From positions 1,312,001 through 1,376,000 of the forward strand of contig CAVPCR010000001.1 in assembly GCA_963702435.1 (NCBI GenBank): 64,000 nucleotides of DNA, read 5' to 3'. The notes beneath the pieces are model-generated. The model was not told where the DNA came from. It saw only the letters and a list, made by a program, of their open reading frames with translations, and made no database searches. The position numbers and the translations under genes are program-made. Origin of the DNA: Candidatus Eiseniibacteriota bacterium. GTDB lineage: Bacteria; Eisenbacteria; RBG-16-71-46; CAVPCR01. Positions 19,575 to 31,277 of the stretch are shown piece by piece; position 1 is the stretch's first letter; the number at the start of each line of letters is the position of its first letter.

Positions 19575-22500
19575 CTAGTTCGGCGCCGTTGCCGGCTCGC
19601 CCTCCGTATCCGCCTTGGCCTCGATCAGGGCTTGGAAGTAGCGCTCGACGAGCTCGCGGAACCCGGGCGGGTAGACATCGGAGCGACCGCGCAGGATGTC
19701 GGCTTCGAGCCGCTCGCGCCGGGTCAGGAGATCCTCCGGCACCGCGGGCAGGACAGCGGGGCCCGGCATCTCCTCGCCGGGACGGGACAGGCGCTCCTGG
19801 CCCATGTCGCGCTTCCGCACCGAGCGCTGCGCGTCGAGGAGACGGCTCATGATCTGGTGCTGCTTCGAGACGAGCCGGTCGTCGATCTGCCCGCGCTCGA
19901 GCTCCTCCGCCACCTCCTCCATGTCTTTCGAGAGATCGCCCATGCGCCCGAGCACGTCCCGGCGCCCATCGAGCGATTGCGCCACTTCCTCGAGCCCCTG
20001 CTGGATCGCCGCCTGCTGCGCCGCGAGCCGGGCGAGGCGACCCTGGCTTCCCTCGGTCAGGCGCGACCCGCCCTGCTGCATGAGCTGGCGCGTACCGTCG
20101 TTCACCTGCTGCTGCTGCTGCGACAGGCCCATCATCTGCTGCATGGACTGCTTCATCGAGCTGCAGCTGCCGCCGCCGCCCTGGCACATCGACTGCTCGG
20201 CCGCGAGCAGCTCGAGGATCGCCTGGTTCACCTGGGCGAGTGCCTGTGTCGCGTGCGTGCGCCCGCTCGTCACGCTGCCGCGCTCGTAGCTCGCGACCGC
20301 GTTCTTCATCGACTGGATCGGCTGGCCGAGGAGCCCCGCGAAATCGGTGCCCACCATCATGGAGGAGCGGGCGAGCTCTTCGACGACTTCGTTCACGCGA
20401 CGCGTGGCCTCGAGCAGGCGCTGCTGGTGATCAGCCATCGCGCGCGGCTCCGGTCCCTGGCCGACGATCAGCTCCTCCTCGCTGGTCGAGACCTTGAGGA
20501 GCTCCCGCGCCGCGGCCCTGAGCTTCTCGGCCGCCTCGGCCATCTGCTGGTTCATCATCTGCTGCTGCTGCATGCGGAGCTGCTCGAGCAGGGAGCGCGC
20601 GTCGCGGCTGGCCTGCTGGCCCGACTTCTTGGCGCCCTTGGCGTTCTGCTTCCCCATCTGCTGCATGGCCGACTGCATGTTCGACTGCATCGAGCCCTGC
20701 TCGCTCGATTCCTGGGCGAGCTCGGCCATCTCCTGCGCCGCCTGCTCGTTCATCTCGGCGAGCTCCTGCGCCAGCTCCTCGAGGAGCTTCTCGAGCTCCT
20801 CCGCCTCCTCGAGATTCAGGGCCTGGTCCTGGGCCGCCTCGTCCATCTCGTCGCCGAGCCGGGAGAGCCGGTCGCTCTGGTCCGCGGACTCCTCCGTGTC
20901 GGCGCGGTCTCCCTCCTGCTGCGCATCCTCGCCCTTCGTGTCGTGTCCCTCCTTGTCCCCCTGCTCGTCGCTCGCCCGCTCGTCGTCCGCCTTCTTGTCG
21001 TCCGCCTTCTTGTCGCTCGCCTTCTCGTCGTCCCCGGGCGCGTCCTCTCGCTCGGTGTCTGCGCGCTCGTCCCGCCCCGCCTCGTCCAGGTCCTGGTTGA
21101 TCTGGTCCTGGCGCTCGGCCATTTCCTCGGCCTGCTGCACCGCGCGCTCGAGCTTCTCCTCGAGCTGCACCTGCTTGAGCATCTCGAGCGTGCGCTCGAG
21201 ATTCTGGAGAAGCTCCTCGTGCGAGAGGGTGAGATCCTTGAGCGCCTTCTGGACCTCGTTCGGATCCGTGTTTGCGAGCTGCTCCGAGAGGCGCTTGAAG
21301 GCGTCGCGCAGCTCCGGATCGGCGATCTGGTCCATGAGCCGCTGGATCTCCGCCACCTTGGCCAGCACCTCGTCATCGACGAGGCTCTGGTTCTCGAGGC
21401 GCTCGAGCGCCTGGCCGAGATCCTGCGCGAGCTTCTCGATCTCCTGGCGGAGCTCGGCCTGGCGCTCGTAGGCGCGGGCCACCTCCTGGCGATCCTCCCA
21501 GTCGGTCTCCGGGAACTTGGTCATCTCGCGGGCGATGCGTTCGAGCTCCTTCTTGAGCTCGGCTCCCTCCTCGCGCATCTCCTCGAGGCTCTTCTCCGCC
21601 TCCTCGTGCTCCTCGCCCACCTCGGCGTAGAGCTCGGTCAAGGTCGGGATGCGAAGCGTGTAGGTGCGGCTCCGCGCGCTCTTCGGCCCGCTCACCGTAT
21701 CGTTGTCGAAGACCTCGACGTAGTAGCGGATGACGTCGCCGGGGACCAGGTTGAGCCCGGAGAGATCCCAGAGGTGGCTCTCGGTCGCCTCGCGCGGATA
21801 CCCGGTGAAGCGGCGCAGGCGCACGGCGGCCGGTTCGTCCCCCTCGTACGAGTAGTGGAGCGTCAGGTTCGACAGGCCATAGTCGTCGGCCGCGTGGATG
21901 ACGAGCGGCAGCCGGAGCTCGGCAGGCACATCGGAATCCCCGCCGGGATCGAGGATCGCGACCATCGGCTCCCGATCGGAGGTCGGCGTGATCCGGTAAG
22001 GACCGAAGGTGGTCGCCCGCTGATCGCCCTCATCCTGCTGTTCGCGCTCGAGCGTGAGCGTGTAGGTCGTCTCCTCGCGCACCGGGATCACGGCGCGGCC
22101 GCGGTTCCCGTCGAGATGCGTCACCCTCGCCCTGGTGCCGCCGGCCACTTCAACCGTCCCGCCCTCGATCGGCAGGTTGGTCTCGAAGATGAGCCGGACT
22201 TCGGTGCCGCGGAGCGCCGACACCGCGCCGTCGGCCGCCCGGATGGTCTCGACATCGAGTCCCGCGTAGTCCGGATAGCGATACTCGAGCAGGAAGCTCG
22301 TGATGCGGAGCGGCTCGCGCACGCGGATCACGTAGTCCGGCGAGGTGGCGCTCCCCGCGGCCACGCGGTAGCGCGTCTCGGCGTCGACCGCGGGGATGAC
22401 GAAGCGATAGACCGGAGCCGCGCTCGTCGCTCCGGAGACGGTCTCGCCGGTGAAGTGGCGCCAGACCCCGGCCCCGCGCCGCGCGTGGAGGGCCGGCCGC

Positions 22501-23177
22501 GCGACCGCACCCGTCACCCGCGCCTCGATCGCGACATCGACGCCCTGGTCCACGCGCAGGTTCCCGGTCAGCACCTCGATCGTGACCGGCGAGAGCCCGG
22601 GCCAGCGCGGGCGGGCGAGCTCGGCCAGGGCGCCCGCGAAGCGGGCCGGTGACACCGCGAGCGCGAGGGCGAGGGCGACGGCGCCGGCGCCCGCGAGCGC
22701 GATCCAGCGCCGGTCGAGGCGCGTGCGCCCCGGCGCATCGAGATCGAGGCGCCCTGCCGCGCGCACGCGCTCGGCGACGAGCGCGGCGACCAGGTCGCCC
22801 GAGGTCCCGGCCTTCGCCGGAGTCCCGCCCAGCTCGAGGGCGCTCAGGAACTCGTTCGGCTCGCCCGCGCGCGAGTACATCTCGTCGAGCAGGCGCGCGT
22901 AGCGCGGGACATCGGGGACGCGGCGGAGCGGCACGACGAGCCGGCGCACGGCCGCCGCCACCAGGACGGCGAAGAAGACGATCGCGCCGAGCGGCGCCGC
23001 CCAGCTCCGCGGCCAGATCATGATGGCGACGACGGCGAGGACGAGCGCGGCGACGATGATCGCGAGGGCGCGAAGGGAGCCGTGCCGGAGCACGCGCCGG
23101 AAAGCGCGCTGCCGCGCGGCGGTGATCGCCGCGGCGAGCTCGCGGTATCCAGGCCTCGTCGCGTCGGTCGGCTCCAT
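19575..23177 (-). CDS. DUF4175-like membrane-anchored long coiled-coil protein
   Basis: N-terminal TM helices; Ig-like region (DDYGL, PGDVIRYYVEVFDND..SGPK); Gln/Glu-rich coiled coil; C-terminal YPPGFRELVERYFQAL. Confidence 0.8.
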   Translation of the reverse strand: MEPTDATRPGYRELAAAITAARQRAFRRVLRHGSLRALAIIVAALVLAVVAIMIWPRSWAAPLGAIVFFAVLVAAAVRRLVVPLRRVPDVPRYARLLDEMYSRAGEPNEFLSALELGGTPAKAGTSGDLVAALVAERVRAAGRLDLDAPGRTRLDRRWIALAGAGAVALALALAVSPARFAGALAELARPRWPGLSPVTIEVLTGNLRVDQGVDVAIEARVTGAVARPALHARRGAGVWRHFTGETVSGATSAAPVYRFVIPAVDAETRYRVAAGSATSPDYVIRVREPLRITSFLLEYRYPDYAGLDVETIRAADGAVSALRGTEVRLIFETNLPIEGGTVEVAGGTRARVTHLDGNRGRAVIPVREETTYTLTLEREQQDEGDQRATTFGPYRITPTSDREPMVAILDPGGDSDVPAELRLPLVIHAADDYGLSNLTLHYSYEGDEPAAVRLRRFTGYPREATESHLWDLSGLNLVPGDVIRYYVEVFDNDTVSGPKSARSRTYTLRIPTLTELYAEVGEEHEEAEKSLEEMREEGAELKKELERIAREMTKFPETDWEDRQEVARAYERQAELRQEIEKLAQDLGQALERLENQSLVDDEVLAKVAEIQRLMDQIADPELRDAFKRLSEQLANTDPNEVQKALKDLTLSHEELLQNLERTLEMLKQVQLEEKLERAVQQAEEMAERQDQINQDLDEAGRDERADTEREDAPGDDEKASDKKADDKKADDERASDEQGDKEGHDTKGEDAQQEGDRADTEESADQSDRLSRLGDEMDEAAQDQALNLEEAEELEKLLEELAQELAEMNEQAAQEMAELAQESSEQGSMQSNMQSAMQQMGKQNAKGAKKSGQQASRDARSLLEQLRMQQQQMMNQQMAEAAEKLRAAARELLKVSTSEEELIVGQGPEPRAMADHQQRLLEATRRVNEVVEELARSSMMVGTDFAGLLGQPIQSMKNAVASYERGSVTSGRTHATQALAQVNQAILELLAAEQSMCQGGGGSCSSMKQSMQQMMGLSQQQQQVNDGTRQLMQQGGSRLTEGSQGRLARLAAQQAAIQQGLEEVAQSLDGRRDVLGRMGDLSKDMEEVAEELERGQIDDRLVSKQHQIMSRLLDAQRSVRKRDMGQERLSRPGEEMPGPAVLPAVPEDLLTRRERLEADILRGRSDVYPPGFRELVERYFQALIEAKADTEGEPATAPN

Positions 23178-23239
23178 CGTTCCTCTCTAGCGGGCGGCTC
23201 TCGTGCGCCGCAACCTCGTCATCCTCGTCACCATCTTCG

Positions 23240-23998
23240 TCATGACGTGAACGCATAGACGACGACGTTGATCGCCATCTTCATCGCCTGCTCGCGCGCG
23301 GCGGGCGGATCGTTGTGCACGTGCGGATCCTCGATCCCGTCGCCGACATCGCTCTCGAAGGTGTAGAACGCGATGAGCCGCCCCTCGTGGAAGAGCCCGA
23401 ACCCCTGCGGCCGCTTGCCGTCATGTTCGTGCACCTTGGGCGGCCCCTGCGCGAGATCGTAGAAGCAATGATAGATCGGATGAGCGAAGGGCACCTCGAC
23501 CAGCGGCTTGTCGGGAAAGACCCTGGCCATCTCCTGCCGGAAGCTCTTGTCCATCCCGTAGTTGTCGTCGGCGAAGAGGAAGCCGCCGGCCAGGAGGTAG
23601 GTGCGGAGCCGCTCCGCCTCCTCCGGCGAGAAGCGCACCGTGCCGTGTCCGTTCATGTAGAGGAACGGATAGTCGAAGAGGCGCTCGTCGAGGAGCGAGA
23701 TCCGCTTCTCCTCCGGCGAGCTCACACGGATCGCGGTGCGTTCGGCGACCGCCCGCGCGAGGTTGGGGAGCGAGGAGGGGTTCGAGTACCAGTCGCCCCC
23801 GCCGCCGTACTGGAGCCGGGCGATGCGGAGTCCATCGGGCACCTCGTCCTTCTCGGGCTGGGCGGGGAGCCGCCGGCGCGTCTGGGCTTCCGGTCCGGAG
23901 CCGGTTGCCGCGGCGAGGCCGGCGATCACGGCGAGCGCGAGCAGCATGCGAGCGCCGGACCGAAGCTGCAAGTTGGCCTCGAAAATAGACATACGCAT
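23240..23998 (-). CDS. DUF4159 domain protein
   Basis: IARLQYGGGGDWYSNPSSLPNL, YPFLYMNGHG, GGFLFADD, PPKVHEHDG. Confidence 0.88.
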   Translation of the reverse strand: MRMSIFEANLQLRSGARMLLALAVIAGLAAATGSGPEAQTRRRLPAQPEKDEVPDGLRIARLQYGGGGDWYSNPSSLPNLARAVAERTAIRVSSPEEKRISLLDERLFDYPFLYMNGHGTVRFSPEEAERLRTYLLAGGFLFADDNYGMDKSFRQEMARVFPDKPLVEVPFAHPIYHCFYDLAQGPPKVHEHDGKRPQGFGLFHEGRLIAFYTFESDVGDGIEDPHVHNDPPAAREQAMKMAINVVVYAFTS

Positions 23999-24170
23999 GA
24001 TCAGGGGCGACTTGGACGCGGTCGCATCGATCCGAGCCGGGGGCCGGGAACGGGCTCGAACCGCGATCGTCTTCGGGCGTCGGGGGCGGGAGCACGAGCG
24101 ACCGGAAGCGTCACCCGAGTTTAACCGAGAACCCCGCCCCTAGCCAGGGGTTCCGCCCGCCATGGGGACC

Positions 24171-25009
24171 CTACTTCGGCGGCTCGGCGGCCCCTTCAGC
24201 CGGCGCCTCGGCGGCCCCTTCAGCCGGGGCCTCGGGCTTCGGCCGGCGGCGCCGCGGCCTCACCGGCCGGGGCCGGCGCCGGGCGCCGGGGGATGTGAAA
24301 GCTCAGCCCGGCGAGCACGGCCACCTCGCGCCCGGGAAGGGAGAACTCGGCATCATCGGCGAGGCTCGTGAGACCCAGCGTGTAGCGCCCCTCGACCAGG
24401 AGGGAGGCGGCGCTGTTCAGCTCGACCTCGACTCCGCCGCCCATGACGAGGCCGAAGGACATGCCCTTCATCGGCAGGTCCTCGGGGATCTCGGACCCGC
24501 CGAACGACACGACGAACGCTCCATCGAGATTCACGCCGATCGAAGGGCCGAAGAGCACGAGGGGCTGCACGGCGCCGTGCGCGGCCGCGGCAGGAGTCCA
24601 GCGGAGCGTCAGCGGGAACTCCAGGTATGAAGCCTCGATGACGCCCTCGAGACCCACGATCCCGAACCTGTCCACGACCCCCGTCCAGCTGAACTCGCTG
24701 CCGCGCGGAACGTAATGGACCTCGGGCTGGAACAGGAGATCGCGGTGGAACGGGAAGGCGACGAACCCGCCGATGGCCGGACCGAGGCGGGACTCGCGCT
24801 CGGAGTCCCAGGTTCCACCTGCCACGTCCTCGAACTCGGCCTGGAGCGCAAGCCGGAACTCGTCCGCGTCGCCCCCGAGGTTGGCGATCGTCATCCCGCC
24901 GTAGAAGCCGACCTCCATCGCCCCGGCGGGCGGCGCCGCCAGCGCGATCAAGCCGGCCGCCGCCAGGCCGGCGAACGCAGTGCCGACAGGCATCGAGCGC
25001 GCAGCCATA
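24171..25009 (-). CDS. Outer-membrane beta-barrel (PorT/porin family); probable frameshift near 24235 restores an EAPAEGAA-repeat tail
   Basis: Signal peptide; FQPEVHY..RG, YLEFPL, GPSIG, VEGRYTLGL alternating strands; GGGAGG RBS. Confidence 0.75.
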
Positions 25010-25162
25010 GCACCTCCCTTCCGGGATTTCATCCCGGCAGACGCCACACCGGAGGTTCATCTTAGCACCGCGATTGGCTCTTCGCCCCCGGGGCAGTAAG
25101 ATGATGCCAGCGCCGACCTCGGCCGCGACGAGAGCCTGGCCACCTCCGGAGACGCGAAACCC

Positions 25163-25762
25163 ATGCCCCACTCGCCGACCGCGACGTCCGATGCCCGCAC
25201 CCGGCTCCTTCTCCTCCTCCGCGAGCGCTCTTACATGGAGGGGGACTTCATCCTCTCCTCGGGCAAGCGCTCGACCTTCTACGTGGACATGAAGAAGACG
25301 ACCTATGACGCACGCGGCCGCGAGCTCCTCGGCGCCGCCATCGCCGACTGGCTCGAGCAGGAGGGGCTCACCCCCGACTCGATCGGCGGCCTCACGCTCG
25401 GCGCCGACGCCATCGCGCACGCCGTGGGCAGCGAGCTCCACCGGCGGGGACGCACGGTGCGCGAGGCCTCGGTGCGGAAGTCGCCGAAGGACCACGGGCG
25501 CATGCGGCTCATCGAGGGCAACTTCGAGGCGGGCGACCGCGTGCTCGTGCTGGACGACGTGGTGACGACCGGCGACTCCACCATCCGCGCCATCGACGCC
25601 TTCCGCAGCGAAGGCGGCACCGTCCTCGCCGCGCTCGCCATCGTGGATCGGAAGCAGGGCGGGAGCGAGAACATCGCGGCGCGCGACGTGCGCTTCGCGG
25701 CGCTGTTCACCATCGACGAGCTCAGGAGCGCGCCGGCGCCCGCCCGCACGGCGAGCGCATAG
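25163..25762 (+). CDS. pyrE: Orotate phosphoribosyltransferase
   Basis: GDFILSSGKRSTFYVD, RKSPKDHG, PRPP loop VLDDVVTTGDS. Confidence 0.95.
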   Translation: MPHSPTATSDARTRLLLLLRERSYMEGDFILSSGKRSTFYVDMKKTTYDARGRELLGAAIADWLEQEGLTPDSIGGLTLGADAIAHAVGSELHRRGRTVREASVRKSPKDHGRMRLIEGNFEAGDRVLVLDDVVTTGDSTIRAIDAFRSEGGTVLAALAIVDRKQGGSENIAARDVRFAALFTIDELRSAPAPARTASA

Positions 25763-25793
25763 GCGGCGCCAGCCCACCCGGGGGCCTATCGGC

Positions 25794-27400
25794 ATGACCG
25801 TCCGCCCAGCAGCCGGCGCCCTCTTCCGGACACTCCTCGTGGCGGCCGCGCTCGCGGCGCTCGCCCTCGCGCCCGCGCGAACGGCGAGCGCACAGGAGGA
25901 ATTCGAGGTCACGATCGAGACGACTCTCGGCGGCACCGAGACCTTCTGGCTCCAGATCCCCGCCGGGTACACGCCCGGCACCCCGCGCCCGCTCCTCATC
26001 GGCTGGCACCAGTGGGGCGGGAACCACGACGAGATGCAGCTCGCCAGCGACTTCGACGCCGAGGCCAACGCGCGCGGCTGGATCGCCGCCTCCCACGACG
26101 GTCCGAGCCCCACCCACTGGAACAACCAGGCGACCCAGTCGCACGTCGTCGACGTCATCCGCTGGATCGAGGAGCGTTACAGCGTCGATCCCGGACCGCA
26201 TCTACATGGTCGGCGCCTCGATGGGCGGCGCGGCCGGGATGGTCTTCGCGAACAACCACCTCGATCCGCGGCGGGCCGATGGTGGCGGCGGCCGCCTCGA
26301 TCTCCGGGATCCAGGATTGCGAGCGCCGCTTCCACGAGCAGGGGATCAACTACTCGATGATCGGGGCGTTCGGCGGGACGCCCGAGCGAGGTCCCGCTCG
26401 AGTATCACCGGAACTCCGCCGTCTGCTTCGCCGATCGACCGCAGCATGCACTGCAATGCCCGGCACCTGCCGCTCTGCTCACCTTCGGCCGCGGCGACAT
26501 CCGACCAGATCTGGCGCGCGCACGCCGAGGACCTCTACGCGGTGATGCCGGCCGTCGCCGACACGGTGATGATCCGCGAGTCGTCCCTCGACGGCCACGG
26601 CTGGGGCTGCGCGGAGGAGGGGCTGATCTGCGACTTCCTCGGGAGCTTCGCCCTCGAGCGGTATCCGGAGCGGATCTGCCGTCGAGGCCGACGAGGAAGG
26701 GCGCTGGTACTGGACCGATCTCGAGATGCGGCAACCGGCGGAGTCATTCGCGCGAATCCGTGGCGCGCTCAACGCCACGCAGCGCCACGTGGACTTCGAC
26801 ATGCTCGGCAATGTGGCGGCGGCGACTCTGGATCTCGAGGCCGCTGGCTTCCCGCTGTCGGCCGGACCGTTCACCTGCCGGTGGGAGATCGATGACGGCG
26901 CGCCCGCGGAGCTCGCGTTCAGCGAAGTCGAGTCGGCGCCCGCCCTGGTCCTCCGCGACGGTGTTCCCTACAGTGGGTGGACCCATGACCCGGGGCGACG
27001 TCTCCTCATCCTCCAGGGACAGGGCGCCGCACTCTACGCGGTCTATTTCACGGGGACCGCCGTTCCGCCGGACGATGCGCGGGGCGGCAACGCCGGTGGA
27101 ACGGGGCTCAGCCTGACCGCGTGGAGTGTCGGGAACGCCTCCTTCGCCGCGCGCTTCACGCTCTCGGCGACGATGCGAGTGGACCTGACCCTGCACGATG
27201 CCGCGGGCCGCCTGGTCGATGCCCTGCTCGATGAGGTGCGGGCGCCCGGCACGCACCAGGTGACCTGGGACGGACGCCTCGCCTCGGGCCGCCGCGCCCC
27301 GAGCGGGTGCTACTTCTTCCACCTCGCGGCGGAAGGGCGGCGGACACGCACCGCGGGTGAGACGCAGCGCGCCGTGACCCGCCTCGTGCTCGTTCGATGA
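25794..27400 (+). CDS. Secreted alpha/beta-hydrolase (esterase/depolymerase-like) with FlgD-like C-terminal domain; several frameshifts
   Basis: PRPLLIGWH, VDPDRIYMVGASMGG nucleophile elbow across frames, DGHGW; tail HDAAGRLV...WDGRLASG...SGCYF. Confidence 0.72.
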
Positions 27401-27415
27401 GGATGCCTTGCGGCG

Positions 27416-28986
27416 TCAGCGGAGAACAGCGACCTTGATCGTCTCCGACCGCCCGGTCCGGCCGGTGAGCGTCGCGAAGTAGATCCCCGCCGGCAGGTCG
27501 GATGGCGGGTTCCAATCCACCCCGTGGCCGCCCGCGAGAATCGCGACCACAAGACGTCCACTGCTGTTGTGGATCTCGAGCGTCTGCCCGCCCGCACCGG
27601 CGTTGAAGGTGAACGTCGCGCCCCCGTGGATCGGATTGGGATGTACCGCGAGGCGGAGCGGCAGCGCCGGCGCCACCTCATCCACGGCCGCCAAGCCGCA
27701 CGCGACCGGCCAGGCGCCGATGAGCCCGCAGCCCGGCGGCGACAGCGCGGGCGCGCAGGGCGAGCGCGCATCGAGCGTCAAGTCGCGCGCCGGCGCGTCG
27801 CAGAAGAGCGGATCGACCGAGATGTTGCCGTCGATCCCCGTCAGATCGGGGCAGTCACGGCCGTAGTTGCCCTGCGCGTTCCCCCAGACATCGTTGCAGG
27901 CGATCGATCCGGCAGCCGGCACGCGGTACGAGGTGATTCCGGAGCCATTGTGGACAACGACGTTGTTGCTCACGATGAGCGGCGTCTGCTCCAGGACCCA
28001 CAGATCGATGCCCTCGTTGAAGTTGTAGGCCACCGTGTTGCGCGCGATCGTCCCTTGCGAGCGGCTCACCTTCAAGGCGATGCCCCGATTGTCGAAGAAG
28101 GTATTGTCTTCGATGGTCGCGATCGCGAAGACGCAGTCGATGCCCGCTCCTCCCCAGAACATGCTGGCCCAGTTGTCATCGAAAACACATCGGCGGATAA
28201 CGATCTCCCAGTCCCGGAGCCCCGAGCCATCGTCATAGCCGAGGTAACCGGCGCGAATGGCGGCTCCTTCCATCGCGAATCCGCCGCTGAACCGGCAGTC
28301 CTCGATGAGGGCATCCCCCCGGACATCGATGGCACCGCCGAACCCGCCCTCGAAACCTGAGGCGTCGTTGCCGATGAACTCCGAGCTCCGCACCTCGAGC
28401 CGCGCCCCGGGCACGGCCTCGATGGCGCCCCCGAGGCCCCCGCCCGAGAGATCCGTGACGGCGGCCAGGTTCTCCTGGAAGAGGCTCGACTCGACGAGGA
28501 GCGTCGAGCCCGCACCGAGCATCGCGCGGCGCCGGCGGCACCAAAGCCCGCGGTGCCCTCGGCGCGGTTCCCGAGGAAGCGGCACCGCCGCACCGTGAGC
28601 GAGGCGCCGCCGCTCAGGCGGATGCCGGCGCCTTGCACCGCCTTGCCGTCACGGAAGGTCAAGTCCGCGAGCACGGTCGCCGTGGTGACGCCGGGCCCCG
28701 CCACGTCGAGAATGCGGTAGACCGAGCTTCCAGAGAGGATCGTCGCCGCGGCACCGGACTCGCCGAAGATGGTCACGTCCTTCCCGGACAGGGTCAGGCT
28801 CTCGGCGTAGGTGCCGGCGCGCACGAGGATCGAGTCGCCGCTCGCCGCAGCCGTGATCGCGTCCTGGATGGCCGGTGCCTGGTCGGGGACGATGATGAGG
28901 GCGGCGACGGCCGGAGGGGTGAACGCGAGCAGTGCCAGGAAGAAAACGAGGGGCACGAGGAGGTAGGCTGGCCAGAACGGTCGCAT
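27416..28986 (-). CDS. Secreted parallel beta-helix protein with C-terminal sorting domain; frameshift near 28535
   Basis: VPDQAPAIQDAI..A.SGDSILVRAGTY; F..N repeats; GNISVDPLFCD; HPNP...GIYF tail. Confidence 0.78.
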
Positions 28987-29217
28987 GGCGACCTCCTTTC
29001 ACCTGCATCCGCAGATTGGGCCGGGACCCGCTCACCTTCATTCTACTCCACGTTGCCACGCTCGGGTGCCGCCCGCCGGGCTGCTGTATAATCTTCTGCC
29101 CCAGCCGACCGATCCCGGATCACGAGGAGCGCCGTCCCGGGCCGCGACGGGCGCTGGGCCGTCGCCGCTCAGCACCAAGTTGCTGCTGGCGTGTCCAACA
29201 AGCCAAGGAGGCACCCT

Positions 29218-29885
29218 TTGACCGCGACGATGAATCCGCCCGCGACCGAGCGCCCGCGTCTCGAGCTGAACGGTGCGGCGCCCGATTTCGAAGCCAATAC
29301 CACCCACGGCCCGGTCCGCCTCTCGACCTGGCAAACGGGCAAGTGGGTCATCCTGTTCTCGCATCCGGCCGATTTCACGCCGGTGTGCACGACCGAGTTC
29401 ATCGAGATTCGCCAAGCGTTACGACGAGTTCGAGAAGAAAGGGCGTGGCGCTCATCGGCAACTCGATCGACTCGGTCTACAGCCACATCGCCTGGGTCCG
29501 CAACATCGAGGAGAAGTTCGGCGTCAAGATCAAGTTCCCGGTGATCGCCGATCTCGATCAGAAGGTCGCGCAGCTCTACGGGATGGTGCACCTGGCGAGC
29601 GCCGCCACGGCGGCCGTGCGCTGCGTCTTCTTCATCGATCCGAAGCGCGCGATCCGCGCCATGATCTACTACCCGCTCAACGTCGGGCGCAACTTCGACG
29701 AGATCATGCGGGTCATCGACGCCCTGCAGACCGTGGATGCGAAGGGAGTCGCCTGCCCGGCCAACTGGACGCCGGGGCAGGAGGTCATCGTGCCCCCGCC
29801 GACGACGACGCAGGCCGCCGAGGAGCGGATCAAGATGACCGACATCAAGGTCACCGACTGGTACTTCTCGAAGAAGAAGATCTAG
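29218..29885 (+). CDS. Peroxiredoxin (Prx6-like); frameshift near 29407
   Basis: AAGGAGG RBS with TTG start; [33 protein letters not shown]. Confidence 0.9.
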
Positions 29886-29961
29886 CTCGCGCATGTCGTG
29901 GAACGGTCCGGCGCGCCCCGCGAACGGGCGCGCCGGCCGTGCACTCACCGCCCTCACCAGC

Positions 29962-31255
29962 ATGACCACCACCCCCGCTGTCGCCGCCGGTACCGCCCCC
30001 GCCCGCCGTCGCGTCGTCACGCCGTTCCAGGTCTTCTGCCTCGGCGTGAACGCCATCATCGGCTCCGGCATCTTCCTCCTCCCGGGCCGCGATCGACGCG
30101 CTCCTCGGCGCGGCAGCCGTATGGGGCTTCGTCGTCGCCGCCGCCGGCCTCGCCCCGATCGCTCTCGCCTTCGCCGATCTCGGGCGCCGCTTCGAGCGGG
30201 ACGGCGGCCCGTACCTCTATGCGCACGCCGCCTTCGGCCCGCGTGCGGGCTACGCGGTGGGCTGGGTGGCCTGGGCGACCGCGGTCGTGTCGTGGGCGGC
30301 GGTGGCCTCCGCGGTCGCCGCCTATCTCGCCGTGTTCGTCCCGGCGGCCGGACGCAGCGGCGCCGCCCACTGGATCGGCGCGCTCGTCGTCCTCGTTCTC
30401 GCCGCGATCAACGTGCGCGGGGTCCGCCTCGGCGCGCGCGTGATGATGCTCCTCACGATCGCGAAGTCGGCGCCGCTCCTCCTCGTGGCGCTCGTCGCGC
30501 TGCCGCATCTCGACCCGGCGCGCCTCGACGTGCTCACGCCCGCGGGCGGCTCGTGGGCCGGCTTCCCGGCAGCCCTGTGGATGGCGCTCTTCGCCTGTCA
30601 GGGATTCGAGGTGGCGCCGATCATCGCCGGGGAGGTGCGCGGGGCGCGGCGCGCGGTGCCGATCGCGGTCGTGGGTGCGCTCGGCTTCTCGACCGCCGTT
30701 TACATCGCGCTCCAGCTCTGCGTGTCGGCCGGACCGGTCGCCCTCGCCGGCTCCGAGCGCCCGCTCTCCGATCTGGCGCACGCGCTCGCCGGTCCCGCCG
30801 GCGCGACCTTCGTCGCCGCCGCCGCGCTCGTCTCGATCCTCGGCTACAACGCGGGTACCGCGCTCTCCGGCGCCCACTACCTGACCGTGCTCGCCGAGGA
30901 CGGTTTCCTGCCGCGGGCGCTCGCCGCGCGCCACCCGCGCTGCGCGACCCCGGCGCTCGCCATCCTCGTCACCGCCGGCGCCACCATCGCCTTCGCGCTC
31001 GCCGCGGTCTTCGAGCGCCTGATCGCGATCTCGGTCCTCGCCGTCGTGCTCCAGTACGCGGCGACGACCGGCGCGCTCCTCGCGCTCCGCTACCGGGAAG
31101 GAGGCCGGCGGATCGACCGCAGGCTCATCGTGCCGGCGCTCGGGCTCCTCGTCTCGCTCGCCTTCCTCGCCCAGGCACGGCTCGCCGATGCGCTCGTGTT
31201 CGGCGCGGTGCTTGCGGTCGGGATCGGGGCCGCGTTCCTCTACCGCCGCGCCTGA
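29962..31255 (+). CDS. APC-family amino acid permease; frameshift near 30087
   Basis: GVNAIIGSGIF, GGPYLYA..AFG, GFE...GEV; ~12 TM helices. Confidence 0.85.
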
Positions 31256-31277
31256 GCTTTGCGCCCGGAGTCGCGCG

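Noticed and set aside
19422..22652. 1076-aa plus-strand ORF (likewise 33283..35616, 46942..48729, 53082..54821)
   Set aside because: Antisense shadows of real genes caused by stop-codon scarcity at high GC; no recognisable motifs.
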